64,000 bases of DNA, taken from NCBI GenBank assembly GCA_965153285.1, contig OZ229116.1; one strand, given 5' to 3'. The stretch comes from Podarcis tiliguerta. Taxonomy: Eukaryota. The position numbers and the translations under genes were made by a program. Shown here one piece after another: positions 49,628 through 63,874 of this stretch (positions are counted from its first letter, which is position 1; every line of letters begins with the position of its first letter). The notes beneath the pieces were generated by a model, which saw only the letters and a program-made list of their open reading frames with translations, was not told the origin of the DNA and did not search any database.

Positions 49628-52600
49628 CTGAAAGCCAAAAGGTTCTATTTTAAATATGTATCTCACAGAATTTCATAGCCACCAGCCTAGAGAGCCAGTC
49701 ACCTGGTTAGTAATTTGAAGAGAGAAAAGATTTCATCACCCAAACCAGAAGTGTATATCTGGTCCAGAGGCATCACGTGTTTCCAGAAGGCTAAGAGTTT
49801 AGAATTTGCAACCAAAGGGGTCTAATGCTCACTAAAAACATATTGTCATTTATTAAGCCAATCACTGTATTATGAACCTCACATTATAGATGTGTGTTCT
49901 GATGCAGAAAAATGCAAAATAATGTTGCCTGCCACTGAAAACACAGGCGCATATTTTCACTGAAATGTCTGACACTCTGTGATGCCTAGAACAGACAGAG
50001 AAATGGTTAGCAGCCCAATCCCAAAGAGAACTTTATTCTGTGGTATCATATGTAGGTAACATAGTATTCTAAATATCCAGTACAGTTAACATTACACACA
50101 GGTTATATTGTTCCCGTATAATGTTACACAATCAGTTTAAACTTCATACAGTTACATACAGTGATATTTGTGACACAAATATAGTATTGCTTTCGGACAC
50201 TAAAACTCCCTAGCAAATTGATGCTAAGCTGAATACACATTCAGCACTGATGGTACCACAGGATAAAACACCAATTCCCAATTATTTGTAATTGATTAAA
50301 TAAATCTAGCTAAAAGACAGAAATTATTTGCACATCCCACTATGTTGTGCTTTCTAACAGGGCACAGTAAGTCTTTCAACACGGCATGTTGACCCTACTG
50401 GTTTGTACAAGGGCAACCAGTCATCAATGGTGTGGAGCTAGGACTTTAGCCTAGATCCAAATCCAACATTATCAGCTGTCAAAAACAATGGCAGGAAATT
50501 TCCATAAGCATAGTAGCATAATACTGCACATTTGGAAATCCAATTTTCAAACCAAATATGCAATTAAGATCCGCTGCAAGTTATTTAATTTTACAGTCTA
50601 AAGATTTTCTGTCTTTTAGGAAGAAAAAAATCAATTATGATGTATACCAGATAAAAATGTGCATTTAGGAGCCACCATATATATATTTTTAAAACTGCAG
50701 TCTTACCAATCTAGAAATGGAACACACACAGAAACTTCATCTTGCTTAAGGTGCCCACAAAGGTCTATAAACTGAGTGAAATTTGCCTTTGTAATCATTA
50801 CTTTCTTGGTATTGTTCAAGATGCCATTTTTCTGAAGAGCCAAAATTTAATACAGCTTGCTTTGAAGGATACTTTGCTTCAAAGCAAAGCCAAATGTGTT
50901 TCATAACCAACACATTTCAGAAAACAATTATGCTTTCTAATGTGTTTCTAATGCCAGGTAAAGACCTTTTATTTCCCAAGCTTTTTAAATAATAATAAAA
51001 AAACCCTTTTATTGATCTGTTTTATTTTGGATACTGTTTTTAAAGAGTTTCTGTTTCTAGTTTTTAAATGCATTAGTTATTTATGGTTTTTAATATTTTA
51101 TTATAAGGTCTTGGGTTGGATCCTGAGTTGCTTTCAGTGAATAGAAAGACTCCTTCTATTCACAGAATAGATTGCAATCCAAAAAAGAGAAAGCAAGAAT
51201 AGGTGCCTTTTGCCTGTTTCCCCTTCCAATCCTTTACCACGTTGCATTTGAGGCCTTCAACCCCCCAGGAGGGATGTAGGGCTAAGGGAGAATAAACAAA
51301 AAATACTTATTTCCATTTCTTCAAGTGAGTGGAGTTCTGTTCTTCAGAACTCTGGATCAAAGCCATTGTATCTGATTGGTGGGGAATCTATCAAAATAAA
51401 TAGTGATGGAGGCTGACCCAAGGCCTCGCTTCATGTTCCAACACCAGGAGAGACACATTTTGTTGTGATTGTGGCAGGACTTTTCAGTTGGGGTACCGGA
51501 TTGTGCAACTGCCTCCTCCCAAAGAGATTTGATTAGCCTATTCAGCGATGATTGTTAGGTGGGTGGTTAAGATTTATTTTATTTTGGCAGGCTTTTGATT
51601 AGTTTTTAATTCATTTCTGCCTGTGGATTTGTTCTGTTAACTTGTTTTAAGACTCTTGGCTTTCATAACATTGTCTAACTGGTATCAATGTTGTAAATTG
51701 CCTTGAGTGAACCTTTCTGGACTGAAATCTATAGTGTATCCAGTTGTGTCTCCCTGCTGACAGAAGTGACAGAAGGCACTTTGATCCAGCAAAGGCTTCA
51801 TTAGCTGAACAGTAGGCAGTCTGCAGCTCCCTCCAAATCTGATCAAGAGGGTTTGGAGACCTTTTGGCAGATGAGTGTATGGACCAGCAGGAGAAAGGGA
51901 GAATTTGCCAAAACCACCTCCCCACCTTCCATCAGCAGAGAGGCACAACTGGATACAATTCATAAAATATCAAGCAGGGGAAAGTGGTTCAGTTTTTAAT
52001 GCAAAAGGGATGTATGTGTGGCGGTACTAAACCCCCTCCCACCTGTGGTTTACCTCCATGCAGTAGATATGTCCACTACCCCAATAACATTTCCTCCTAG
52101 CATATCTATCTCCCTCCTTTTAACAGCAAACTAACACCATATCAATATACTGACTATACCCCAATGTTTCAAAAGCAGTCCATGATGCTGCATTGGGATA
52201 AGGAACACAAAGCCAAAATCTAATTGGACATGCAGAACTGAACCATTACTCTGAGCTGGATGGCTTTTGAAAGCTAGTCCACCATATTCAATGAGAATTT
52301 CTATACTATATCATCATTATTATATTTATCTCTGCCACCCCCTCGCACACTTTATCGTCACAAGGCAGCTTAGGCTGAGAGCATGCGCCCGGGCCAAGGA
52401 TAGCCAGTGAATGTCAGGGTTAAGTGGACTTTTGTCCAAGTCTCCTAGTTTAGAACTATTAGCACAACACTATTCATTGTGCTAGAATTTCTTCCATTTA
52501 AGTATACTTAGGATTACACCAAAGTGATACACATACCATTTCAGAGGATAAAAGAGAAAAATTCAAGTTTGGAAATGTGTGCACCATACAGACACACTCA

Positions 52601-54682
52601 CTAGAGAGCCAGTATAGACCACAACCTCAACTTTTTCTGCTTTGTAATACATGGAATAGCCTTTTAAAAGATTTAAATTCTAATAGTATTTGCTTAAATT
52701 CTTCCCTTAGCTGTATTTACTGACTGCAACCAATTAAATAGCATTTAATGAATACTTTAGGACCCATTACTACCAGCTACACTGGAGTTCTGTAATAGCT
52801 TTATTTGTCTTTATTTATTTGTAATAACTTTATTGTGTCTCTTAGGTTTTTTTCTTCAATATGCTCTATTGTTCTCCACTACAGTAGATGAAGAAAATAT
52901 TATGTCCGTTAAAAAAATAATCTATGTACAACTACAGACACGAGCAAATAAATAATAATTTTGGTCTAAATGCTTTTTTTTTTTTTTTTCATTTTCAAGA
53001 AGTTAACACAAGGACAACCAAACTGCAATGCAACATTAAAACAAATGATAGAGATACTGAGTTCTTATGGGAATATATTTTGAGATGTTCCAATGAGATC
53101 ACGTATCAGCTAATATCCTTTTAATGAAAGCAAGTCATTGAGCAGTCCAATTGAAGTTTATTGAAAGAGCCATTTGGCATTACCAGTTCCATACAAAATC
53201 CATTCCACTCTCATGAGTACATGTAACTGAGTGTACAACATTGACTAATATCTTTTTATTTCTAAGATTTTAAAAATGAAAATAATGAAAACCCACTATT
53301 TTCTGGATTTGAACACATGTTAATATTGAATAAAACTTGATATAGCAGAAGCACAAGCAATCATGAGTTCAAAATGACAAGCATGTCTGACTGCATTCCC
53401 AGAACCTGGGAACCAGAAGGTCAGTTATGTAAATTCTGATGTTTATCTGAAAGGGACCACAAAGTCTTTAGTGCTTGAAGGAGGTTTTTCATCATGTGAG
53501 TCTCAGTATGTCTTGACTGTATCACTCTGCGTGTCTCTAATAATATTGGCCAGGATCCAAACAACAAGGGAATTACTCCCATGATCTCAAAAACTCTACT
53601 GGACTTGTATCCCCGCCCCAACAGTCCCCCCCCCCCGCTTTCTGTATGGCAAACTGTTTTTGAAACTGAAAGGGGCTTCAAAATCATGATAGGACGTGGG
53701 AGGTCAGATATGGGGGTGGGGCAGGGAATGATGGACAAAAGATCTATTTAGATTCAAGTAATTTAATTTCCATCTTATATTAATTGTACTCAACAGGCTG
53801 TAAAACGTGACTGTGATTCATCACCATGTATTTAAAATAGTTGCTAAAATATACTTGTAATGCCTTTTACACAATCCCCATTAAAATGCATGGGAGACGC
53901 ATTTTTCCTAAGGAGAAATTTCTTTGGTTTGTGCCTAGCGACTCTTCCCCACAAATAATAAAATATCTATAATACTGTTGTTTTTATGGGAGTTTAACTT
54001 TCGTTTCTAAATATGTACTGAATCCAATTTTTATTGAACATGACAAACGCTTTGAGTATGGAATAGTTTAAGAGTGCTTCCAACTGGGCTTAGCGTTGTA
54101 AATGAGTCATTCAGATTTCACATATGGCTTCACTGGCAATGGGTGTTTTTAAAAAAATAATTTATTGGATTTTCTGCGGAAAGGGTCTAATTACATGGCA
54201 AAAAACAAAGGCTGGCATTTTGATGCTAATGGCACTGTGTGATCACTGCAGAAAAAAACTTGCAATCTCCTAATAAACACCCATCTGGAAGCACCTGGAA
54301 GTAGGGATTTTTTTGGGGGGGTGGGTAGCTCATAACCCAGTCTCATGGAGCTGTTGCTAGAGGTATCTCAGAATCCAAAGTGAGGAATCAGTTCCACTCT
54401 ATGTTCTAATTTGGGGTGTGTTCATACTACACTTACTCTGCATCCAGTGCGCCCACACTGCTAATTTTTGAAATCACATTCACATGTTGTTAGCCACAAT
54501 CCTTACCAATTCTGTGGTTTCTTGACAAGAATTGCTGAGGTTTCATGAAGCTTTTCCCTCCTCAAACCAGATTCAATCTGATTAGAAAACTGGATGCTGA
54601 GTAGGCAGGAACATGAACATAGCCTAACAGTGGTTGTTCAGGTGCAGATGACAGCTTCATGAACAAGAGTTCCAGGGGGGTT

Positions 54683-54893
54683 CATAGAATCATAGAGTTG
54701 GAAGAGACCACAAGGGCCATCGAGTCCAACCCCCTGCCAAGCAGGAAACACCATCAGAGCACTCCTGACATATGGTTGTCAAGCCTCTGCTTAAAGACCT
54801 CCAAAGAAGGAGACTCCACCACACTCCTTGGCAGCAAATTCCACTGTCGAACAGCTCTTACTGTCAGGAAGTTCTTCCTAATGTTTAGGTGGA
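54683..54893 (-). mobile_element. 5'-truncated CR1 LINE 3' end
   Basis: Typical CR1 tail on minus: GGGGGTTGGACTCGATGGCCCTTGTGGTCTCTTCCAACTCTATGATTCTATG. Confidence 0.85.
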
Positions 54894-55940
54894 AACATTA
54901 TGTTTAGGCTTGCAGGGGAAGGAGACCAAAAATGCCATGGGCATCGGTTGAAGACATCCCTGGCCCCTCCCTAATGTGGAAAACTCTGTGCAAATAAGAC
55001 TTGAAACACAGCAGAGAAAAATGAACTTGCTCTTTCAAGCCACTAATGTGAGCGGACCCACAGGCTGCTGCTAGTCTCGCCTCCACTCGGCTGAGACAGA
55101 AGGCCAGGGTACTTGCTGATGCAATTCTGTTTATAGTTCTTCCTGCACCAGAAACAATTTAACTAGCTTTGGGGTTTTACTAGTAGGATGGAGCCTTGAA
55201 GCTAATAGCACTGCTTTCATCGTGAAAATGGCTCATTTGACTGGACTGAAAGTGTCCCATATATATCTTGCGCTCTTATATTGCTACTTATCAAAAACTA
55301 ATAAAGGAGTAACTTTAATCAGGTAAAATATAGTAAATATTGATAGATTGGTAGAGAAAGAAAGCCTACATTGTATATATTCTGCAATTCAATTTTATTG
55401 TAACAAATATATTAAAATTTCCCTCAGATGTCCTTACACAAATCCTCAGAATCCAATATGCTACTTAAACCTACTTGATTTATAAACACTGGTTTGTGAT
55501 TATATTTGCTTGCTGAGTTGGCACACACAAAGAGAGAAATAATGTATAAATATCAAAATTTGGGCAAAACTGGACATCTGTGGTTTCAGATAAGTGGTTT
55601 TAAAATAATTTTTTAATTCTTCTGAACTGGCTTTCCACTGCTTTTTATTTTTATTTTTTAAAATTCCACTGATTTAAGATTATGACAATTCTTTCCCTAA
55701 TAATCTTGTGATGTTGCATTTTTAGTTTGCTGTCCTTTCATAAGTGATTTCTGTTCCCCAGCAAATTGATTAGAGAATCTACACATGCACAGAAAAGTCT
55801 ACAGATGTTGAAATCAACTTGAATCAGAATCCAGTGACAATCTAGGCTGTTAATTCTTGCCATAGCTTTGAAAACTCTCCCCTTTTTGAGGGGAGAAAAA
55901 GATGGCTAAGAAAGTATATAGGCAGCAGTGAAAGGCAAAC

Positions 55941-56114
55941 CTCTGAGAGTGTCCACTTGTTGTTAAAAGCTCTCTCACAAAGATAATATATTGTCCTTGC
56001 CACCCCAAATAAGGCTGCTTCAAAGGGATGGGAGCTAAGCTGAGAGGCTGTATGTATGGCTGGGAAAAGTGTTTTGAGCGTCATCCTTGGAAATAAATTT
56101 GTTATCCTGGGAAC
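55941..56114 (-). CDS. SPIRE1: SPIRE1 alternative exon C (58 aa; Spire1C/mitoSPIRE mitochondrial-targeting exon)
   Basis: VPRITNLFPRMTLKTLFPAIHTASQLSSHPFEAALFGVARTIYYLCERAFNNKWTLSE; 174 nt, phase 0/0; AG at 56116-56115, GT at 55940-55939. Confidence 0.92.
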
Positions 56115-59100
56115 CTGAACAACAGACAGGAAGGAGAAAAGGGAATGCTGAACACAAGCGACAATTTTACCAGTGCTTCTGATTATGTAACTCTAGCTCC
56201 AGTATTAATTTCCTTAGCATACTAGCAAGCCAGTTTAACGAAACTGTAGCTAGTATGTGAAATAGGATGAGTTCCCTTCTAATCCTGCTGGGGAAAAAAC
56301 AGGCAACTTTCTGTTCACTGGAAATGATGGGGTTTCTTTCACCTTGGGAGACCAACTGCCATCATTGGAGCAGAAGATAAGCCATGAAATTTCATCAATC
56401 CTGGGGGAAGGGATGAAGAGGTTTGCCATTAAATTTAAAGTAGGTAACATTTTGAGCTTACTTATGTCACTTCCTTCATATTTTGAGCCTGTCCAGTAAT
56501 GGAATTGCATTCCTAAAGCTATATGTTAGAACTAGGCAAGGAAGTCTAACAGTTAGGCAAGGAAGTCTAACACTGAAAGTCTTCAATGATAATCTGAAGT
56601 AGCTGCTTAAATTTCTACAGTTTTTTATTGAAAAAATGGTTATGAAATGTCAGGTATCACCCCTAGGAGGCACTATTACACAATACAAATACATTTATCA
56701 CGAACAAAACACCATAATAATCTCTCTTTTCTCACATCATCTTTTAAAATAGCATGACTGGGCCACATTTGTTTACAAAAATGTATGAAGTGTGCATAAG
56801 GCTACAAGTATGAACACAGAACTATATTTCATTGCCAATATATGTGCTGCTTTCTGATGCTACAGAAATTATTGCAGCCATTCTTATGTTATGTTAGGCA
56901 TATTAAATGGACTTGAACTTTCAGATTCTCTCTCTCTCAGCGAAATAATGAACGAAGGAGAAAACTATTCTATGGCATGAATAAACCTTATAACATTTGT
57001 GCGTACTACTTCAAATCCAGTTCCATCAAGGAATTTCTTTGAAATTTCTTCTTTGGTTTGATTAAGTAAACTATACCTTTTCTGGATTAGTTAATGGTTG
57101 AAACACTGTGATGCAGATGCACCAGAGACATACAATCTGCAAATCTAAAGGAACTGCCTTCTCTGTATGTATCACTTCCATGCACTCTTTTCAATATCTG
57201 TGCCACACAAACATTTCCTCAGAACAGAGTGCTTTCAGTTGTGGCACACAGTGAAATGTTCTCTTTTAAGAAATTCCATCAAGCCAAGAACTTAAATGGG
57301 TAAAGGCCACTCTAAATAAGATTCTGAGCTAAACTGAAATTTGGATTTTTATTTTGTTTTCTTTGATTTGGCCAATTGCTATTGATTTATACTTTTTATT
57401 GATAATTTTATGGGGGGTTTTTTGCTTCTGCTACTTTGGCTTTTTCATTTTTCATTTTATTTTGCTATGTTGTTGTTTTAATGATATGTTGTAGCCGCCT
57501 TTAGTAGTTTTACAAGTAAGGCGGAATACAAAAATTTAAAAGAAAAAAGTAATGATGAATACTTACAAGAAGCCTCCTCATTCTCATAAGGCCAAACAAG
57601 AACAGTAATATGGGGTGCTCCTTTTGATAGTACAAGATATAAAATATTAGATTGTTATTCAGAAATATTTGTAGATGTAAAGTTCTCCATCTAAATTTTG
57701 TTTTTCGTATCTGCTGTAATATTCACAGTTCTTGCTCCCATCTTACCTTAGATCTCAAGAACTAAACACAGCTGCCAAAGAACATCTTTCTTCCACAGAC
57801 AGAGCTCTAAAAGTGAAACCCAGCTAGTACCTGATATCAGCTGATAATAATGTAAAAAGGGAATAAATTTGATTCCTTTGTGCCCTTTTATTTAAAAAAG
57901 AGAGCATAAGAGGTCCCTATAAATGAATAGTAAAAATACTTAAAGAAGACAATCAATAAAGTTTTCAGATTATTTTATAAAAGGATGGATGAGCTGGGAA
58001 GTTTTTCAAAAGCACAAAAAGGAAACCCCCATTTTGTACAGGATCAGAATAATGTTAATCAGAAACGGCAATCAATTAAATACTCCCAAACAATTCCCCC
58101 CTCCCCCCCCGTGTAGATATGTGGCTATGATAGACCTCAGTGGAAACAAACATTTTTGTACCACATAAAAAAGCCAGATTTTCTGTATGTTGATTACTTC
58201 CCTCAGTCAAACTTCAAACAAACTCTCTCTCATGCATAAAACAATTACTGCCTTTAGCTAACTCTTCAAAAATATTTTTTTTTGTGTTGTACTCTGCATG
58301 CTGCACTAACAAATAAGCTTAAGGTTACTGAAATTCCATTTACCTAGGATCATAAGATGTACTCAAGTTAGAATCATATGACAACAAACCATTTGATTTG
58401 TTCTTGGGGAATAGACTGTGCCCTCTACATCAGTGAAGTATATTATTTAATACAAGTTAACCTCAGCACCTTGAAGAGTTGGCATCCAAATCATGGCCTC
58501 TTGAGCCAAGGAGGAATAAGAAGGGCTCTCTTCAAGTTAAGCAATGCAAATAAATTGACTTGAAGAGCTTGCAAGTGCCCCCTGTTCTCTCAAAAACTTC
58601 TTTCAGTCTTCCTCAGTTCTAAGGGACACTTTTGGGCCCTTCGGGCAAGGAACAAGAGACTAAAAAGTGCACTTGGAACTGTCATATGAAATCCAAGTTA
58701 TTTAAGGCACAATGCCAGCCCCAAAGCAGGCATTTTGTTCCCCCATCACACTTACGTGCTGTCGGAAAACTGCTTTCAATTAAAGCCAATTGGCTAATCT
58801 GCTGTACTTTGTTTTCAAGAAAAAATTAAAAAATTGTCCTCAATGGATTCTTATATTGCCATGCGATCACATCTGCTCCGGGCTTTTTAAATCGAACTAA
58901 CATGTGAGCGGGGGAAAGTATCAACCTTCTTGTTATTTAGAAACATAATAATTTTGTCAGTGTATTTAAATAAAAATGTCATCAATGCTTAAGCACAACA
59001 TTCAAAACTTGAATCAGAAAGTTCGGAGTTTTCTCCTGGAGTTTCCAATCAGTTTACAGTGGATGAAGCTCAAGTGCTGATTCAAATTCTCACACAGTTC

Positions 59101-59215
59101 AAGGTAGTATTACATCTGGGTTTCAACACAGCATTTCATTATCCTCTCATTGTTGTGGAGCTGTTGTGTCTTTACCCATCAACCAGTGTCGAAAATTATC
59201 TACCACGCTACTTAC

Positions 59216-59358
59216 AAGTGATCTGGAGCTCTGTTTTGTAGGTGGCAGGAACTGTCGGACATTGGTTGGTGTTTCCTTTTCAATGGAATGTCGCCTCTGG
59301 GGGGGCTGTCTCCTCTCTGGCTGTGGTGTGGATGATATTGGCAAGAATTTCGGAGGCA
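59216..59358 (-). CDS. SPIRE1: SPIRE1 exon (143 nt), [47 protein letters not shown]
   Basis: AG at 59360-59359; GTAAGT at 59215. Confidence 0.96.
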
Positions 59359-60315
59359 CTATAAATTCAATCAGCATCAATTAGTTCTAAGTAACAGTTT
59401 ACTTTGTTAATAATCAGACATTTTCTTTTAAGAACAGGACCAATGACATCAAAGGAACCCAATCCTATTGTTCTAATCAGACTGTGGTGATGCTTTAATA
59501 AATGGAACTGCATCGAGTGTTGAACAAAATTTTCAGTGTATTTATTATGGGAGTAAATTTATAAAAATGATTCAAAGTCAGCTTCCAAGCCAAAATCTAA
59601 TAAAATTCTTCTATATTTATTTTAATACCTTCAGGGGAAGATAACAAAAATGTGAGCTAAGGTTTCTTTATAAACCACATACCTTTGTGTGAAATCAACC
59701 CAGAGTGAAGCTAAACTATTTCCCCAACAATTCAGGAGGTTAGTTGAACTAATGATTTAACTCCCTTACTCAATCCACACCTAAACCACTACATTGCAAC
59801 ATTTCTTCACCATAACGGTGGTTGCTATAAAGATACAGCTTTCAAATAATTAACATATGTACAATTGTACAGACTGTTAGCAGTATTTTCTAATATGGCT
59901 AAAATGATTTCTTGCTTCATTATACCCCATCCCTACAGATTCATATGACTACCAGTGGATTTTGCTACAGCAGGATTCTACACCTAATGAGTAGAAATAT
60001 TGGGCATTGCTCCCTAGTAATCACAACCTCATCTGAAAGTGTGAAGAGCTTTTGAAAAAAAGACCATAGAAGTACAAAAGCATAATCCTCCCCTCTCCGC
60101 AGGCATCACTCTTAATGTTTTGACCTCAAAACAGCACATTTGTAGCTACCCCATAAATGAAAGAGGGCATATGCTAACACAGCTGTTTGATAGAGGTGAT
60201 ACACAAGTGTGTTGCTCAAACACTCCTCATATGGCCAGTACAAATCTATAGAATCACAGGAGGCCATGAGGATTTCAGATGTTCAGGACTTAAAGGTTGA
60301 TGCAAAGGTTGTCAA

Positions 60316-60408
60316 GTCAAGTAACCTTTATTGGCATCACATAAGAACATTCAGAATACATTCAGAATAGATAGGCCAGTATGATCTCATCGCCACCCCA
60401 ACAGCACA
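60316..60408 (-). mobile_element. 93-bp severely truncated non-LTR insertion with 14-bp TSD
   Basis: GCAAAGGTTGTCAA at 60302-60315 and 60409-60422; minus strand ends AATAAAGGTTACTTGAC. Confidence 0.8.
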
Positions 60409-60737
60409 GCAAAGGTTGTCAATAGATCCTGAAGTATCACACCTGTATTTTCCTTTAGTCTGTTCTAGATCAGATTCCCTGGACACCAGGACTTTCCTTT
60501 TTTTGCCAATTATTGTTATTTGTTTTACAAATTATTACAAATCATTACCAAATTAATTCAACTTAAAAGAATTTTCCACAACTGGTTTCCTGCTCTCCTT
60601 ATGAGATATGTCCAAGATAGACCCATGTTGCTGTGTAAGTTTCCTTTAACTTAGTGAATTGGGTGTCCCTTGTTGGGGTCATCTGTTTCTAGAAGTTCCT
60701 ACTGTACTGCACACTTTTTCAAATGTTGGATTCTTAC

Positions 60738-60828
60738 CCTTTTTCCCAGATATGGTCTCTGGAAATGTATCTTCCATTTGGGAGGGAGAAATACTACTGC
60801 TGCTGGGTGATTTCTGTACATACTCCTC
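60738..60828 (-). CDS. SPIRE1: SPIRE1 exon (91 nt), EEYVQKSPSSSSISPSQMEDTFPETISGKK
   Basis: AG at 60830-60829, GTAAGA at 60737; phase 0/1 fits both neighbours. Confidence 0.9.
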
Positions 60829-63294
60829 CTAGAAGAAAGAAAATAGGTCATTTAGATGTTCTTGTTGATCAATTGCTTCCACTTTAATAAGCAGACAACA
60901 TCTACAATACTTTATTTAACAAGTTCCAACTAAAAGAAATGCTTTAGCATTTCTACTTTCCAGTTATTAGCAAACTTTTCATATGCCATGATCAGAGTTT
61001 TTATCAACACAAGGTACTGAAAAACACTAGTATATATAGTCATTGGATCACATTAATAAAAATATTGCTAGAAGACAACAGATTACAAAATCTTGTGGTT
61101 GTCCCCCCACCAACAGCTTTGCTCATGTACCTCTTTGCTCTGTTTCCATAAATTTTCTTATGTATATACTCAACAAATATTACTTATAAAGTATAACATG
61201 ATTACTTAGCTGGTATTTCTACTCAATATAGCATTTTTCTTATTTCTTTAAATTGTATTGGTAATTTACTTTCAATTTATTATAGCATGAAATTCAACCT
61301 AAGGTCTTATTTACATGATATACAATCCAAGCTGTATGCTCCTGGCTATAAGCATTGACTAAATCACTGTCCCCGGCCAGTAACAGGAGCTTTACATTTT
61401 TCTTTTATGGCATCTTCTTTCAAAAATGGAATTTCAAGTTAAATAAGCTATAGCCCAGAAATTACACTCAAGCCCTTTCACTGATTGCTGCTATTGTTTA
61501 AATACTTTATCACCAAATCATGACATGGCATGGTGGAAATTTGCAAGTCCATATTCCAAAGCAAACTCACTTGATACACAAACAAAGATTTCTGTGCAGG
61601 TCATAATGTGGTTCACTTTGGAATCCAGATCCACAACAAATACTACAAGGTGGTTCAAGAGCTTCATTTTTAACTTTTTTTAAAAAGGTACAAGCCATTC
61701 TGAGCAGCTACAAAGTACAGCTCCTGTTGCATGGATTAAAAATGGAGCTGCAAAGGCCCCCGGAACAATAGTTTGTGATTATGTGTCGTCACGCTGAAGA
61801 AAATGACATGGGGATGGGGATGACATGATTGTCCCTATGGGCTGAAACACACTTTTTTTTAAAAAAAAAAGTGAAATTGGCATAAACCAAATTTGAACTA
61901 TCTATCCATCTATAATCAAGACTTCTATGTCAGGACTTTAGAGAAGAGAGCTGTAATTAATTCAGTTTCTGTTTAAGTTAAATAAGAGTTAACTTTAACT
62001 GAGACACTTCTTGTTAGCATTATATATAAACAGCGTTAAAACCTTGATGATTTTATCACAATGCATTTTGTAATAAAAATATTCTGGTACTGTAAGTTTG
62101 CCTGTTCCAACTCCTCAGTAGCTGAGGGTGGGGTGAGAAAGGTGAATGCTTCTGTTACAAGCATGCCTGACCTGGAAATTTTTATAGGCATCAGGAATGC
62201 TACCTGGCTTACTGGCGCATGGAAGTTTACCTGCTTGATGGCGTGTCTCCTTGCAAATGCCTTGTTAGCCAAACAAACTGAATCCCCATAGAACATCTCT
62301 TAAGTCACCTGTTCAAGTATTGCTTTGACCTTGAGTCCTAGCAAAAGTTCACGGAAACCTACTTAGGTTTTGTTCACTAAATTTTAGAACTGGGTTGTTA
62401 ATCTTAAAAAGAAATGTGGAAAACCTTACATTTTGTCAAGACTGATTCATTACTTGTTTTATTTAGGGGAGGGGATACAGCATTATAACCCAACTGTAAG
62501 GTATCACTGAATACAGACAAGAGCAAAAAGAAGGTTGAACTCTGATAGACTTGTGACAGATAGAAAGTGTTATTCTACAAGAAATGCTATGTGCTGTTAT
62601 TCAGCCTGAGCTTCCAGAATTTGGAAGGGCCATAAAGTTCCCTGGGACTAGAACAATCAGACAAAACCATGCCAGCACTCCCAAAGACACCAAACATGGA
62701 CAGGCAAATACTGCAGTGCCTCCTCTTCACTCAGGAGTTTAAAGAATGTGCAGTGCCGGGCACAGGAATCACACACAACTTATTGAAAGATCTTAAACAG
62801 CCCAAAGTCTCTCTCGTCTCCACTCTAGTTCCTGAACCACCAACTTTCAAGGGATGCAGGGCCACCAGCTTTGCTGAGAAGCCAGACACCTCCATATGAT
62901 CCACAAGGCAGAAGGGAAGAGAAGGGATATAGACCAGTTCATTGGCAGAACTGAGAGACCAATAACTTTGGCTATGCCTGTTCTTGAACTTCTTCTACCC
63001 CCCCCCCAATGATTATTAGAGTAACTTGTAACTTAAACCTAAGTTTGCTTATTTTCTTCTCCCTTAGTCCTTTTCCTTTTTGTGTCATGTCTTTTTAGAT
63101 TTTAAGCCTGGGGGCAGGAACTTGCTTGTATTGATCTCTAATTGCTCTGCAAACCTTTTCTGGCTTAAGGTAAGATTTAGAATTATTCAAAAAACAAATA
63201 TATAATTCCTTGAACAAAAAAAGTCTGACAAAATAGAAATTAATCAACAAAAATGTAAATCCTGAAAAGAGGTTCAGACCAACCAGCACCTTAC

Positions 63295-63461
63295 CTCTGA
63301 ATCTGAGCTATCCAGTTCAGCCAAAGTGGGAGCTTTCAAAAGTCTCTTCCGTTGTACTGTCAACTTAGTAGCACCAATGCCATTCACCTTTGCTTCTGAT
63401 GAAAAGCTGCCATTCTGACAGCTTTCTGAAAGATTTTTGGAGGCCTCTGGTGTTGATACAT
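63295..63461 (-). CDS. SPIRE1: SPIRE1 exon (167 nt), (D)VSTPE...[20 protein letters not shown] (myosin V-binding motif region)
   Basis: Conserved [14 protein letters not shown]; AG at 63463-63462, GTAAGG at 63294. Confidence 0.94.
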
Positions 63462-63874
63462 CTAGGGGGGGGGAGAGAAAAATTATTGTGGTGGCACAGT
63501 AGAAAAGTATACTCCACTTATACTGTACTTGTTTCTCACAGCACAATTAATACTGAAGTTTCACAACTGTGAAATTTATCTCTTTTTTCTATAAAATTAC
63601 AGACACTGGAGTGCAATGTGGATGTGATGCAACAGAAAAGCATTAGTGGATCTGAGGAGGAAGAGAAGCATGTGACGTTCACAAATGTATTTTCAAAAAC
63701 CTGATCTCATTCAAATTATAAACTTATTTGTGTTTCTAGCAGATAACCCTTTGCTCAAAGTTCAATAAAACCAACAAAATGTTAAAACTTGGGGGGCACT
63801 TTTGCCCATGTGAACCCTCCTGTACCTCTACTAGACTACAAAGCAGTTCCCCACCCCCAGTTGTGCTGAAAGGT

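Larger units (their letters stand above)
45247..63461 (-). other. SPIRE1: SPIRE1 gene, 3' part (Spir-box, exon C, modified FYVE); actin nucleator; 5' exons lie beyond the window end
   Basis: Nine in-phase GT-AG exons ending ...[13 protein letters not shown]. Confidence 0.97.

Noticed and set aside
56533-56572. Direct repeat TAGGCAAGGAAGTCTAACA x2
   Set aside because: Simple local tandem duplication with no sign of function.
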